Positions 53,450 through 64,000 of a stretch of 64,000 bases of DNA are shown piece by piece. A program made the translations under genes and the position numbers. The notes beneath the pieces were generated by a model that saw only the letters and a program-made list of their open reading frames with translations, was not told the DNA's origin and searched no databases. The DNA is taken from sequence record NC_024124.2, one strand, 5' to 3'. The DNA comes from Escherichia phage vB_EcoM_JS09. How positions within the stretch are numbered: the first letter of the stretch is position 1; every line of letters begins with the position of its first letter.

Positions 53450-55419
53450 TGTGAAATAGGCTCCAAATCTATAGTTAAGTACTGAGGACGTAAGTCATTT
53501 TCGAATACGATTAAAGAACCATCCTTTGTAAAAATAATATCATCTGCAGGGTCGGAATAAAGTTCAATTGTTTGAACTTCAAAACGGTCTGAAGTGAGGT
53601 CAATTTTAGCAATGTTCCAATAAATCGAATCGGCAGGATAATTCACTTCACCAATTGAATAGTATTTGTTTCGTCCGTCAGTAACAGTAAGTTTATTAAA
53701 ATCATTACCTGTATAAGGTTGTATATTTTCGTTTTCAACAACATCGCCGTCTGCAAATGGACCAATAATAACTTGACCTATGCCACGGTCATTACGGTCA
53801 GAAGATACTATGCGAACACCGTATTTAATAGTTTCGTTTGCATTTTCTGGATTAGGTCTGTGCGAATCAAACGAGAATATATTAGATTCCATCGATCTAT
53901 CTTTAATCTGATTATTGTATTTAATACCGGCCTCAGGCGTTTTATAGAAGTTTTGTACTTCGCGAACCATTTGAATAGTAGCTGAAGAACCAATAATAGA
54001 AATATCTGCATCATCGACATAAGTTAGCATTTTAGATTTTGCAAACGATGAGTTAAAAATTTCTACATCTTCAATATAATAACGGTCAATTTTATTAATA
54101 ATCTGCCCTTCAAGATATTGTTCTGATTCTTGGAGTTTATTCAACGCGTATGTAACTTTGATATTCATTTTGATAAACAAATAATCAGGCGAAATAACAA
54201 CAGGTGTAATAGTCCCTAAGTTATAATCATTCAAATAGTTTTTGATATCATCTCGTTGGACGGAAGTCAAATACAACCCAGACTTAGGTTTAGCAGCAAT
54301 AAATGCGTACCCAGGCTTAGATGAATCTGTGAATGTTTGAACCGCTTGAATAATAGAACCAAACCGCTCAGAGACGAATGTGTCATAGTCAGAAGCGGTT
54401 ACACAACGTTGTTGAGTTTCGCGTTTAATTGTGCCTAATTCGCGGATACGTTCAATATCTTCAGGGTCGCCACCGCCATCAGCCCCAACAAAGTCTGGGT
54501 TATTGCTAGGGTTCTCGTTAATATCGATTACCGTGATATTAGCTAATGTATCAGCATAAGAAAATCCTACAGCACCGTTAGCATCTGCACCATTAGTAGA
54601 AATATACTCAATTACGATTTTAGAACCCTGAACAGGTTTAAGGCCACCAATATAGTTAGATGTTAACGCACCTTCTGATGTGTTAATAGAGATTTCACCT
54701 TCACCAAAATAAAATTCAGTGTTCCCATCAACTGTTTCACGCATATAATAGATTGTTGACGTAGAACCAGCGTGAACCATCGACTTACGAGTCCAGTTAA
54801 TCCATTCTGCTCCGTCAACATACAACTTAACTAAATTACGGTCAATGTTCTTATCACGAATAATGATAGGTTTTAATCTATCAAATGTTAATTCAGTGCG
54901 AACAATACGACCCTGAGCTAATCGAAGACGTGGAAAATATTGGTTATTTTTGTCTTTAACTACAATGACATCTTCAGTAGAAACAAAGTTATACGGGTTA
55001 ACAGAAGTATCTTTAGCGTATGCTAAGAAACGAGTGCCACGTGGAATGGTGATATAGTTTCTATTTAATGCATCCGTACATGTGAGCATAATTTCTGTTT
55101 GTGCTGCTGATTTAGATGAAGGCAGATATCCGTTATCTTGAGCCGCTTGTACAACAGAACTACGCAAGTTTGCAGTACGCATAAAACTTTCATACACTGC
55201 ACTATTACTGAACTGTTGGATGTAAAGAGTGTTATATGCTAAAAGGTCACACAATACGTTTAAACGCGAACCTTCAAAATCATAATCAAGAAATTCATTC
55301 TGCCCGTTGAGCCATTCGATAATGTTCTGTTTGATTTCGGCAAATGTGCCCCCGATAAAAATCTCGGGAATAGCATTCGCTGTTCGGGTTAATTGATAAT
55401 TTACAGGAGTGTTTGCCAT
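53446..55419 (-). CDS. 6: baseplate wedge subunit
   Basis: ORF track 53446..55476; T4 gp6 N-terminus MANTPVNYQLTRTANAIPEIF begins at internal Met (55419). Confidence 0.9.
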   Translation of the reverse strand: MANTPVNYQLTRTANAIPEIFIGGTFAEIKQNIIEWLNGQNEFLDYDFEGSRLNVLCDLLAYNTLYIQQFSNSAVYESFMRTANLRSSVVQAAQDNGYLPSSKSAAQTEIMLTCTDALNRNYITIPRGTRFLAYAKDTSVNPYNFVSTEDVIVVKDKNNQYFPRLRLAQGRIVRTELTFDRLKPIIIRDKNIDRNLVKLYVDGAEWINWTRKSMVHAGSTSTIYYMRETVDGNTEFYFGEGEISINTSEGALTSNYIGGLKPVQGSKIVIEYISTNGADANGAVGFSYADTLANITVIDINENPSNNPDFVGADGGGDPEDIERIRELGTIKRETQQRCVTASDYDTFVSERFGSIIQAVQTFTDSSKPGYAFIAAKPKSGLYLTSVQRDDIKNYLNDYNLGTITPVVISPDYLFIKMNIKVTYALNKLQESEQYLEGQIINKIDRYYIEDVEIFNSSFAKSKMLTYVDDADISIIGSSATIQMVREVQNFYKTPEAGIKYNNQIKDRSMESNIFSFDSHRPNPENANETIKYGVRIVSSDRNDRGIGQVIIGPFADGDVVENENIQPYTGNDFNKLTVTDGRNKYYSIGEVNYPADSIYWNIAKIDLTSDRFEVQTIELYSDPADDIIFTKDGSLIVFENDLRPQYLTIDLEPISQ

Positions 55420-55427
55420 TTTAATTC

Positions 55428-55721
55428 CTATTTTATAAAGACTTTTGACGAGGCCTGAGAAACAGTATCCCCGCATGAAATTGGGTCGGCCATTTGAACG
55501 GCCTTTTTACCGGTGACGTATACTTTGGATGTACGAGGTTCAGTAACACCTCCATGAGTCTCGTATGGTTTTTTAATTTCTGTATGAGGTGTTATTTGGT
55601 CTCCTGCCACAAGAACAGGAATACCACCGGTGAACACTTTAGATTGGGAAGCATTTATTACAGTAGGAGGCCATGCTTCATGACCTGTTGTAACGCACTT
55701 GTCGTAACTTAAGCCAGACAT
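55428..55721 (-). CDS. 5.4: PAAR-repeat spike tip protein
   Basis: ORF track 55428..55775; T4 gp5.4 (97 aa, [11 protein letters not shown]...) aligns from internal Met (55721). Confidence 0.9.
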   Translation of the reverse strand: MSGLSYDKCVTTGHEAWPPTVINASQSKVFTGGIPVLVAGDQITPHTEIKKPYETHGGVTEPRTSKVYVTGKKAVQMADPISCGDTVSQASSKVFIK

Positions 55722-55723
55722 TT

Positions 55724-56239
55724 TCACGGCCTCACATAAACATAGTTTCGTAATTGTTGAGCCCATTTGCTCCAATTTCCTACTATAGTTTTTGTATAAA
55801 CCTTAGTAAGAGTTTTTTGTACTGGAGCCGGTGGAGGTTCTGTACCAGAGTCACTTCTAGAACCGCCTGATGAACTTTCTTCTTGGTAGTTATAAATCAT
55901 TTCAACCGTATAACTAAACACTTTACGAAGATTCTGAGGAGCTCTCCACAAATATAACTGTGTGGATTCATCTTTTGGTAAATCATCCCATGAAGATGCG
56001 GTTTCAAAATCATCATTTAATCGGTATTTCAATGCATCCGAAGAAAAGCTAAACACACTTTCATATGTTCCATATAAACGATTACCATCTACCGTAATGC
56101 CTTGTGTCGGTTCATAATCTGTTATATTTATTGACACTAAAGTTTCGGTTGGTTCTAACTGTGGAGTAAAAAGGACGTCAATAGACGCCCCTTCCATGTC
56201 TTCTCCTAAGTCGGTATTTAAAGGAAGTATTTGTGCCAT
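55724..56239 (-). CDS. 5.1: hypothetical protein (position of T4 5.1)
   Basis: 171 aa ORF between gene 5 and 5.4. Confidence 0.7.
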   Translation of the reverse strand: MAQILPLNTDLGEDMEGASIDVLFTPQLEPTETLVSINITDYEPTQGITVDGNRLYGTYESVFSFSSDALKYRLNDDFETASSWDDLPKDESTQLYLWRAPQNLRKVFSYTVEMIYNYQEESSSGGSRSDSGTEPPPAPVQKTLTKVYTKTIVGNWSKWAQQLRNYVYVRP

Positions 56240-56242
56240 ATA

Positions 56243-57976
56243 TTACCCAATATCAATACGAGATCCGTCAACAGTGTATTGTCCTGAAGCTACTGAGCTC
56301 ATTGTAGACATTGTTTCTGCCCAATCCCCAGCAACAGTCATATCAACATTACCATTAACAGTCCATTTGACGTTTCCGTTGACGGTGTAATCATGATTCC
56401 CTTCGACCTGAGTTTTAGCATCACCTTTAACAAGAATATCCGCATTTCCGTCAACGACTATTTTGATATTACCCTTAACGTAAAGAGTTCCATCGCCTTC
56501 AACAGTTTTAGATTGGTTACCACGAATAAAGATTGTATCATTGCCGTCTATTTGATGGAGGCGGTCTGCCATGTTATAATATATTTCATTAGCACCAACG
56601 TTAACAAGTTTATCACCGGAAATCAAGAAGTTCCCATCGCCATTAGTGATGTCAAAAAGGTCTTCTACAGTTTTACGAGTACGACGCCCAGACGGAGAAA
56701 CTTCCTCATATGACCCTGTTGGATGAACTAAGCGATAACGTTCATTACCTGGAGTATCGTCAAATTCTTGGATATGACCGCTTTCCGTTTCCATAGCATG
56801 AACGTATGGATACTCACCACGATAACTTGATTCAGGTTCTTTAAAAAGGATACGTGAATCTAACGGAACAGGAGGACCAGCTGGGTCTTCTGGATCAGTA
56901 TTTCTAGTAACTAAATCGGCACCAACTCCTGGTGAAGGTGGTGTTTTAACAGGAACGCCATATGATTCCATGTTACCAGTTAAAATAATTGTTGTTACAC
57001 GTGAAGCACGCCCTTTAGTCTGTTGGAACCATAACGAATCACGCCCAGATTTGTATGCGGTTTTCCAATCACCTGTGGCCATTGCTTTAAGCATAGTATT
57101 GAATTTTGCTACACCGCCGACGCCCATCTGGAAGCACATGTTTTCTAATGCCATTTGGCGAGATCTGTTCATTTTAGCATAAACAGGACCTACTTTAGAA
57201 TTAGAACGAATGTCTTTCTGCATCTTAGCAAGGTCCTTCTCAAATAACGCTGTTGCTTCTTCTAATGTAATAGTTCCCGGATTTCCTGTTACTTCACGCC
57301 CTACTTGATCAGATAACAATTTATTAATTCGAGACATATCTCTGGTCTTTTCCATTACGATAAGGTGTCCAATACCTACTGTAGGATACCCGAGATGGTC
57401 CCAATACACTTTATCACGAAGACCTTCGTCACGACGTAACATTTCTGTTATTGTAAAATTAGGGTCATCATCTTCTGGAATATTTGCTAAATCTGTATCA
57501 TCTGGGTTTATACCATAATCCAAGTTGTTATCTTGAATTACGTTAGAGTTCGAATAATAACCAGCTTCACCACCTTGGTTTAGTACGTTCGTATCATTAC
57601 CTAAACGTCGCGGATACTGGCCTGTCGGGTCTGAAAAACCTTCAAGTCTATTAGGCTTTTCACGTACTATTCCGCCGTATGTACCAAGTACAATCCCGTT
57701 TGTTTTCCATTTGTCTAAGAAATGACCATATACTCGAGTTCCTTCAACAGGACCTGTAACAGAACCACCAATACCTGACATTGATGCAGACGTAATAGGT
57801 TGAATAACAGTCATCCATGGAAGTTTTTCTGTAGGAATACCTTGTACATCACCTTGTGTTCTCTGCGCTGGATGAAGACCAACGACTCGAACTCGAACTC
57901 GCCCTTGTTTTAACGGGTCCATTCTGTCCTCGACAACACCCACGAACCAATTAAGGCTACTGCTAATCATTTCCAT
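56243..57976 (-). CDS. 5: baseplate hub / cell-puncturing device with lysozyme domain and beta-helix
   Basis: 577 aa; central lysozyme-like region and C-terminal VxGxxxxx repeats; T4 gp5 length. Confidence 0.95.
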   Translation of the reverse strand: MEMISSSLNWFVGVVEDRMDPLKQGRVRVRVVGLHPAQRTQGDVQGIPTEKLPWMTVIQPITSASMSGIGGSVTGPVEGTRVYGHFLDKWKTNGIVLGTYGGIVREKPNRLEGFSDPTGQYPRRLGNDTNVLNQGGEAGYYSNSNVIQDNNLDYGINPDDTDLANIPEDDDPNFTITEMLRRDEGLRDKVYWDHLGYPTVGIGHLIVMEKTRDMSRINKLLSDQVGREVTGNPGTITLEEATALFEKDLAKMQKDIRSNSKVGPVYAKMNRSRQMALENMCFQMGVGGVAKFNTMLKAMATGDWKTAYKSGRDSLWFQQTKGRASRVTTIILTGNMESYGVPVKTPPSPGVGADLVTRNTDPEDPAGPPVPLDSRILFKEPESSYRGEYPYVHAMETESGHIQEFDDTPGNERYRLVHPTGSYEEVSPSGRRTRKTVEDLFDITNGDGNFLISGDKLVNVGANEIYYNMADRLHQIDGNDTIFIRGNQSKTVEGDGTLYVKGNIKIVVDGNADILVKGDAKTQVEGNHDYTVNGNVKWTVNGNVDMTVAGDWAETMSTMSSVASGQYTVDGSRIDIG

Positions 57977-58551
57977 TATGCAATCTCCATCTCACGAATC
58001 AAATCTGTGATAAACGAGTTTATATCTTCTTTTGCAACAATTTTTATTTTACGAAGTTTTTCGTTATCTAATACTGCCGCTTCATAAGTATCTACTGCAG
58101 CTAAAGGTCCTTTATATTGCGGATACTTACGAGCTTCATCACCTTTATCGTACCACACTAAAGGCTCGTCCGGATATGAAACCAAATTGTAAAATTTCTC
58201 ACGGTTCTCGTTAATATGATAAAGAATTTGGTCTCCGCCGGCATTTGCATATTTCTGAATAGAAGCTTGATACGCTGCTTCCTGAGATGTAATCCAACCA
58301 TAATACGGGTCATAGTTATCGTTGCACATCAAAAGAACCCAGTATAATTGTGGGTTTCCATAAATTATGTTTGCTAGTTCTTCAGGACGTGGAGAGCCTT
58401 TAATGTAATAAGAACGTAATCTATAATTGGCAGCCACACGCTTAAAGTACTCTTTATAGTTACGAAATATGTCTGTCATAGGAATAGTAGGTGCATTCTT
58501 ATTAACTGTTTTAGCACTATATCCTATTGGGTCGAAGAATGTAAATAACAA
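57976..58551 (-). CDS. 53: baseplate wedge subunit
   Basis: 191 aa; MLFTFFDP N-terminus as in T4 gp53; start codon appears to be TTG 7 nt after GGAAGGAG. Confidence 0.85.
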   Translation of the reverse strand: MLFTFFDPIGYSAKTVNKNAPTIPMTDIFRNYKEYFKRVAANYRLRSYYIKGSPRPEELANIIYGNPQLYWVLLMCNDNYDPYYGWITSQEAAYQASIQKYANAGGDQILYHINENREKFYNLVSYPDEPLVWYDKGDEARKYPQYKGPLAAVDTYEAAVLDNEKLRKIKIVAKEDINSFITDLIREMEIA

Positions 58552-58578
58552 GATAGTCTCCTTCCAATATGAAATTGG

Positions 58579-58586
58579 TATAAATA
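58579..58586 (+). promoter_or_regulatory. late promoter TATAAATA for gene 4
   Basis: TATAAATA 27 nt upstream of ATG 58613; a minus-strand TATAAATA lies at 58594-58601. Confidence 0.6.
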
Positions 58587-58612
58587 ATAATACTATTTAT
58601 AAGGAGGACAAC

Positions 58613-59062
58613 ATGGCCTACTCTGGTAAATGGGTCCCAAAAAATTTAAAAAAATACCGTGGAGACCATACCAAAATAACGTATCGTTCAAACTGGGAAA
58701 AATTCTTTTTCGAATGGTTGGATAAAAATCCAGAAATTATTGCATGGGGTAGTGAAACAGCAGTAATTCCATATTTTTGTAATGCTGAAGGTAAGAAACG
58801 TCGATACTATATGGACATATGGATGAAAGATGCATCAGGTCAAGAGTTCTTTGTAGAAATAAAACCAAAGAAAGAAACTCAGCCACCTATTAAACCGGTG
58901 AATCTTACAACTGCGGCTAAGAAACGTTATATGAATGAAATCTACACGTGGTCTGTGAACTGTGACAAATGGAAAGCTGCCTCAGCTGTTGCTGAAAAGA
59001 GAAATATAAAATTTCGAGTTCTAACCGAAGACGGACTTAGAAAACTCGGATACAAGGGGTAA
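58613..59062 (+). CDS. 4: head completion protein
   Basis: ORF track 58469..59062; T4 gp4 ([11 protein letters not shown]...) begins at internal Met after AAGGAGGA. Confidence 0.95.
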   Translation: MAYSGKWVPKNLKKYRGDHTKITYRSNWEKFFFEWLDKNPEIIAWGSETAVIPYFCNAEGKKRRYYMDIWMKDASGQEFFVEIKPKKETQPPIKPVNLTTAAKKRYMNEIYTWSVNCDKWKAASAVAEKRNIKFRVLTEDGLRKLGYKG

Positions 59063-59064
59063 TT

Positions 59065-59886
59065 ATGAGCATATTCCAAATTATATCTGAAGGCGTACAA
59101 GCCCCTAAGATTGCTCAGTCTATGAATGAAAGAAAATGGATTGAGATAGGATTAGAATACAGGAAAGCTAAAGAGAAAGGAATCACTGCAAAAGCATTTG
59201 CAGAATCAAAAGGAATAAAATACTCGTCGTTTACATCTGCAATGTCTAGATATGCATCATCTATTAAGACTGCACAGAAAATTGAAACGCTTGAATCTAA
59301 ACCTAAAAATAAACTCAATAAGCAAGAACGTCAACTTCTGATGATAAACTCGTTTCGCAGTTCAATACGAGAAAAGATTAGAAATGAAGGCGCAGCAGTA
59401 AACAACAAATCATCTAAGTGGTTTGTTGAAACAATTAAGAAAAGTGTAAAAGGTCATAAAGTAGTCAAGCCTACGCCAGGCAAAATTTATACTTACGTTT
59501 ATGATGCTAAACATAAAGATACTCTGCCATACTGGGACCGATATCCTTTGATTATTTATTTAGGATTAGGTAAACATAATTTGATGTATGGGTTAAACTT
59601 GCACTATATCCCACCTAAAGCACGTCAACAGTTTCTTGAAGAATTGCTGAAGCAATATGCTAGCACAACTACTATTACTAATAACACAAAGTTGAAGATA
59701 GACTGGAGCAAGGTGAAAGGATTTCAAGGTGCTGACAAAATGATTAAAGCATACCTGCCAGGCCACATTAGAGGAACAATAACAGAAATAGCTCCTAAAG
59801 ACTGGGCTAACATAATCATGTTACCTACTCAGCAGTTTATGTCAAAAGGAAAACGTTTCTCTGCGAATACTGTTTGGAAATCTTAA
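59065..59886 (+). CDS. 2: DNA end-protector protein
   Basis: 273 aa, T4 gp2 length and position. Confidence 0.9.
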   Translation: MSIFQIISEGVQAPKIAQSMNERKWIEIGLEYRKAKEKGITAKAFAESKGIKYSSFTSAMSRYASSIKTAQKIETLESKPKNKLNKQERQLLMINSFRSSIREKIRNEGAAVNNKSSKWFVETIKKSVKGHKVVKPTPGKIYTYVYDAKHKDTLPYWDRYPLIIYLGLGKHNLMYGLNLHYIPPKARQQFLEELLKQYASTTTITNNTKLKIDWSKVKGFQGADKMIKAYLPGHIRGTITEIAPKDWANIIMLPTQQFMSKGKRFSANTVWKS

Positions 59887-59988
59887 TTCTATTCTCTTCC
59901 GTTCGTCTGATATTCTATTGAACCGGATTAATGGAAGAGACCTAAAACCATTATACTGCATTTTTATTAAAGCGTTTTTGAGGTGCTT

Positions 59989-60573
59989 ATGACTCGTCCA
60001 GCGAGACAGATTTTTAACCAAACAAATATAACAAACTTTGTTGTGGATATCCCAGATAGTACACGAACTTCAGGTTTTGTGCTCAATGCCCAAACGGCTC
60101 CATTGCCAGGTGTGAGAATTCCTGTTGTTGAAACTGTGACAGGCACAATGGGGCTAGGGCGTGCAATGCGTGCAGGCACCACATTTGAATATGACCCTTT
60201 TATTGTACGATTTATAGTTGATGAAGACATGACGTCCTGGATGAACATGTATAAATGGATGCTCAGCACTAATAACTATATAACCGGCCATAATACGGCC
60301 CACTCTGATGGTCCTGAGTTTGTTACTTTGCACATTTTAAACAACAATAAGACCGAAGTAGTTTTGACGGCAAATTTCTATAAACCATGGATTTCTGATT
60401 TGAGTGAAATTGAATTTAGTTACACTGAAGACTCTGACCCTGCCGTTACGTGCGTAGCAACTATTCACTACGCGTATATGACGATAGAAAAAGATGGCGA
60501 AGTCATTGTATCTCAACAACCACGTCAAGCGGTCGAATCTAAATCCATTTCTAGACACCCTTCCTTGCGTTAA
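59989..60573 (+). CDS. 3: tail tube terminator / tail completion protein
   Basis: ORF track 59983..60573 starts on GTG; ATG 59989 follows GAGGTG RBS. Confidence 0.85.
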   Translation: MTRPARQIFNQTNITNFVVDIPDSTRTSGFVLNAQTAPLPGVRIPVVETVTGTMGLGRAMRAGTTFEYDPFIVRFIVDEDMTSWMNMYKWMLSTNNYITGHNTAHSDGPEFVTLHILNNNKTEVVLTANFYKPWISDLSEIEFSYTEDSDPAVTCVATIHYAYMTIEKDGEVIVSQQPRQAVESKSISRHPSLR

Positions 60574-60626
60574 TCGCTTCTAGCTCCGTATGTTATAATC
60601 GCTCATAAATTATATGAGGAAAACCT

Positions 60627-61361
60627 ATGGAGCTAATCTTTTTAAGCGGTATCAAACGTAGTGGTAAAGACACCACTGCTGATTATATCAATTCAAACTT
60701 TAAATCCGTAAAATACCAATTGGCATATCCGATTAAAGACGCTCTAGCAATAGCCTGGGGACGTAGGCATGCTGAAAATCCTGATGTATTCACAGAGTTG
60801 AAATACGAATACTTTGAAGGCATTGGATACGACCGTGAAACACCATTAAATCTCAATAAGTTGGATGTTATTGAATTATTGGAAGAAGCGCTAATTTATT
60901 TGCAAAGTCACTATTTACCAATTAATAATGTTAAAGTATTATCATCGTTAGAAGGTGGATATTCGTATCTAGATATTAAACCATATGAAGCCCTGCGTGA
61001 AGCTATAAATAATATCAACGACACATGGTCAATCCGCCGTCTTATGCAAGCCCTCGGTACGGATGTTGTCGTTAATTTATTTGACCGTATGTATTGGGTT
61101 AAACTTTTTGCATTAAACTATATGGATTATATTGGAAGTGATTTCGATTACTATGTTGTGACCGATACACGCCAAGTCCATGAAATGGAAACCGCTAGAG
61201 CGATGGGTGCTACAGTTATTCATGTGGTTCGCTCTGGTACGGAATCCACCGATAAACATATTACAGAAGCTGGGTTGCCTATTGAAGAAGGCGATTTAGT
61301 TATTACAAACGACGGCTCTTTAGAAGAGCTTTATTCTAAAATTGAAACAATCTTAAGGTAA
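60627..61361 (+). CDS. 1: deoxynucleoside monophosphate kinase
   Basis: 244 aa; N-terminus like T4 gp1 (M.LIFLSGIKRSGKDTTAD...). Confidence 0.95.
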   Translation: MELIFLSGIKRSGKDTTADYINSNFKSVKYQLAYPIKDALAIAWGRRHAENPDVFTELKYEYFEGIGYDRETPLNLNKLDVIELLEEALIYLQSHYLPINNVKVLSSLEGGYSYLDIKPYEALREAINNINDTWSIRRLMQALGTDVVVNLFDRMYWVKLFALNYMDYIGSDFDYYVVTDTRQVHEMETARAMGATVIHVVRSGTESTDKHITEAGLPIEEGDLVITNDGSLEELYSKIETILR

Positions 61362-61365
61362 TAAA

Positions 61366-62051
<686 letters not shown>

Positions 62052-62064
62052 TTTTCACAAAACA

Positions 62065-62094
62065 GTTTACATAAGGATGATGGTGTGTTACTAT
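62065..62094 (+). promoter_or_regulatory. T4-type early promoter nested in inverted repeat AGGATGAT/ATCATCCT
   Basis: GTTTAC 62065-62070, TACTAT 62089-62094; RBS AAGGAA then ATG 62129. Confidence 0.55.
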
Positions 62095-62128
62095 CATCCT
62101 ATCAAATAAACAACCTCAAGGAAATAAA

Positions 62129-62416
62129 ATGAAAACCTATAAAGAATTTATATCACCTGTTGCTAACGTTTCTACTCTGACTGAAGCAACCCTTACTTCC
62201 GAAGTTATTAAAGCAAACAAAGGCCGTGAGGGTAAACCAATGATTAGTCTAGCTGACGGCGAAGAAGTAAAAGGTACTGTTTACTTAGGAGACGGGTGGT
62301 CCGCTAAGAAAGATGGCGCTACTATTGTTATCTCTCCGGCTGAAGAGACTGCACTGTTTAAAGCTAAGCACATTTCTGTAGCTCAGCTTAAAATTATTGC
62401 AAAAACTCTTCTGTAA
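62129..62416 (+). CDS. ipI: internal protein I precursor with capsid-targeting sequence
   Basis: 95 aa; N-terminal MKTYKEFIS resembles T4 CTS MKTYQEFIAE; L-T-E at residue 19 fits gp21 cleavage motif. Confidence 0.85.
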   Translation: MKTYKEFISPVANVSTLTEATLTSEVIKANKGREGKPMISLADGEEVKGTVYLGDGWSAKKDGATIVISPAEETALFKAKHISVAQLKIIAKTLL

Positions 62417-62419
62417 GTA

Positions 62420-62449
62420 GTTTACACGCTGATAGGACTATGTTATAGT
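62420..62449 (+). promoter_or_regulatory. T4-type early promoter nested in inverted repeat TGATAGGACTA/TAGTCCTATCA
   Basis: GTTTAC 62420-62425, TATAGT 62444-62449. Confidence 0.55.
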
Positions 62450-62487
62450 AGTCCTATCAAAACAAAATGAGTAAATGGAGAAATAAA

Positions 62488-62673
62488 ATGAAACGCGCTG
62501 AACTGATTCGTAATGTTGCTGTAGTAATTGCTTCAATGGCTTTTAGTTTTTCGATGTTTGTAGGATTCATTTGTGGACTACTGACAACAACAGAAAATTC
62601 TATCTCATTGGTAGTAGCATTTCTAATCGGCTTAATCGCTATCGTTATGGATAAAATTGCAAAAGGTGAGTAA
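62488..62673 (+). CDS. hypothetical small membrane protein (two predicted TM helices)
   Basis: ORF track 62467..62673; ATG 62488 follows GGAG RBS; two hydrophobic stretches. Confidence 0.5.
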   Translation: MKRAELIRNVAVVIASMAFSFSMFVGFICGLLTTTENSISLVVAFLIGLIAIVMDKIAKGE

Positions 62674-62674
62674 A

Positions 62675-63037
62675 ATGAAATATCACGTATATGCGGATTT
62701 TGAAGCAAATCCTTCTAAAGACCCTGATTGTCGTTTGATACGCAGACCATTTGATTCAGCAGCTCAAGCATGGGCTTGGATTAAATCTAAATCGCCTGGT
62801 TATATGTTCTTTGAAGTAGTCGATGACAATGGTACACTGCATCCAGCCCCTACGGAAACTATTAATTTCCTTCTGTTTGCCGGTTACGACTGTTATCCTC
62901 TTGGCGGTATTGACGACCTTGTTGCTACAGGAAAAACTGTTGAGGCTCTTCGCGAAATTTGTAAAAACGCAGAAGAAAATTTTGACTGGTATCATATTGT
63001 TGATGCTCATACCTTTGAAATGGTGGAACATTCATGA
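62675..63037 (+). CDS. hypothetical protein
   Basis: ORF track 62657..63037; ATG 62675 right after upstream stop with AAGGTGAG RBS. Confidence 0.5.
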   Translation: MKYHVYADFEANPSKDPDCRLIRRPFDSAAQAWAWIKSKSPGYMFFEVVDDNGTLHPAPTETINFLLFAGYDCYPLGGIDDLVATGKTVEALREICKNAEENFDWYHIVDAHTFEMVEHS

Positions 63038-63324
63038 TTCTTTATGCTAAGGTAAAATCCGTTGAGAATGGATATGAAAGCGACCGAGCTGCAGCTAAAG
63101 CACTAGTCGATTACTATGGTATTTTGACCCACTTTGAAGTTGAAAAGGTTTACGTCGACCGTTCATCTTCACAGGTTAAATTACTTTGGGAAGACCGCAA
63201 ATTTAATAGTGTGAACTTTGATTTCTTTATTGAAACAGAAAAAGGTCCTCTTGAATATGATATTTTCAAGAATCCTTTGAAATTATGTTGCATTGAATAT
63301 AATTACATTAATATGGTACGGTGA
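63034..63324 (+). CDS. hypothetical protein
   Basis: 96 aa ORF, start overlaps upstream stop. Confidence 0.5.
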   Translation: MILYAKVKSVENGYESDRAAAKALVDYYGILTHFEVEKVYVDRSSSQVKLLWEDRKFNSVNFDFFIETEKGPLEYDIFKNPLKLCCIEYNYINMVR

Positions 63325-63328
63325 GTAA

Positions 63329-63844
63329 ATGAATATTTGTTTAGGCAGTACAATTCCTAAAGGTTACGTAATTGATGTCACTACTTGGGAAAATGACGGC
63401 GACAACTATAAAACCAAAACATTATTTGGTGTAGAAGAGCATGAGCTCCAACAGTTTAAATATCTCTTGAAGAAATTTAAGAGTCGTCATTCTAGCACTA
63501 AAGCTGAACGTTACTGTGGTAATACACCATTCAGTGATTGCTCGCTTTTAATCTATGAATACTTGGTTGAAGGACTGTTCTCAGACCAGCTTTATCCAGA
63601 ATTCATTAAAAAGGTCTTTGATATTGAAGTCGACCTTGGTAATAAATCTGAAGAAGACGAATCGCGTGTATTCGACCTGTTCTTTGTGAAAGGCGATGAG
63701 ATATCCCAAGGCCTTATTGATATTCTTGGCTATGCTTCTGAATACTACGACTATGATTTCTTGCGTGTAGTTGAACGTGTTGAATTCGCTTATATTGAAG
63801 AAGAAATTGTTTTGCCGACTGTTAAAATGATTGATTTGCTTTAA
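63329..63844 (+). CDS. hypothetical protein
   Basis: 171 aa ORF. Confidence 0.55.
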   Translation: MNICLGSTIPKGYVIDVTTWENDGDNYKTKTLFGVEEHELQQFKYLLKKFKSRHSSTKAERYCGNTPFSDCSLLIYEYLVEGLFSDQLYPEFIKKVFDIEVDLGNKSEEDESRVFDLFFVKGDEISQGLIDILGYASEYYDYDFLRVVERVEFAYIEEEIVLPTVKMIDLL

Positions 63845-63923
63845 GAATTATGTGTTATTATTAATTCATACCCTCTATTACCAAAGGTGCTCTAAAGTGC
63901 CTTTCATAATAGAAAGTTATTTA

Positions 63924-63998
63924 GGCCCTGTAGCTCAATGGGAGAGCTGTCAGCTCATAACTGATAGGTAGCTGGATCGAAACCAGCCAGGGTCACCA
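63924..63998 (+). tRNA. tRNA with anticodon CAU (Met or lysidine-type Ile), encoded CCA
   Basis: Hand-folded cloverleaf: acceptor GGCCCTG/CAGGGTC, D-arm GCTC/GAGC, anticodon loop CTCATAA, T-arm GCTGG/CCAGC, then A+CCA. Confidence 0.8.
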
Positions 63999-64000
63999 AT

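Overview
This window is a near-collinear block of a T4-like (Tevenvirinae, Tequatrovirus-type) myovirus genome. Gene calls rest on my recall of T4 protein sequences, T4 gene order and motifs read directly from the sequence; no database search was run. Positions 1-14.5 kb (+ strand) carry early/middle genes: an Rz/Rz1-like spanin pair, polynucleotide kinase pseT, dCMP deaminase cd, co-chaperonin gp31, rIII, a run of small 30.x-region ORFs, DNA ligase gp30 and ADP-ribosyltransferase Alt. Positions 14.5-58.5 kb are mostly the – strand morphogenesis block (baseplate hub 54-48-29-28-27-51, head genes 24-23-22-21-68-67-20, tail 19-18, terminase 17-16, neck 15-14-13, wac, and baseplate 12 through 5 and 53), interrupted by a + strand island (26, 25, uvsY, inh, hoc, rnlB) and the – strand uvsW/uvsW.1. 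Positions 58.6-64 kb (+ strand) carry 4-2-3-1-57A-57B, internal protein IPI, four small unknown ORFs and the first tRNA of a tRNA cluster. Regulatory grammar is T4-like: GTTTAC-type early promoters nested in inverted repeats, MotA-box middle promoters, TATAAATA late promoters and many C(UUCG)G hairpins. The most notable departures from the T4 backbone are: (1) an intact-looking shikimate-pathway DAHP synthase inserted just upstream of cd; (2) a perfect in-frame 87-bp tandem duplication in the receptor-binding C-terminus of short tail fiber gp12; (3) a frameshift splitting RNA ligase 2 (rnlB); and (4) promoter-headed cassettes of small unknown ORFs, including one between genes 24 and 23. I cannot tell which, if any, of these is previously undescribed.
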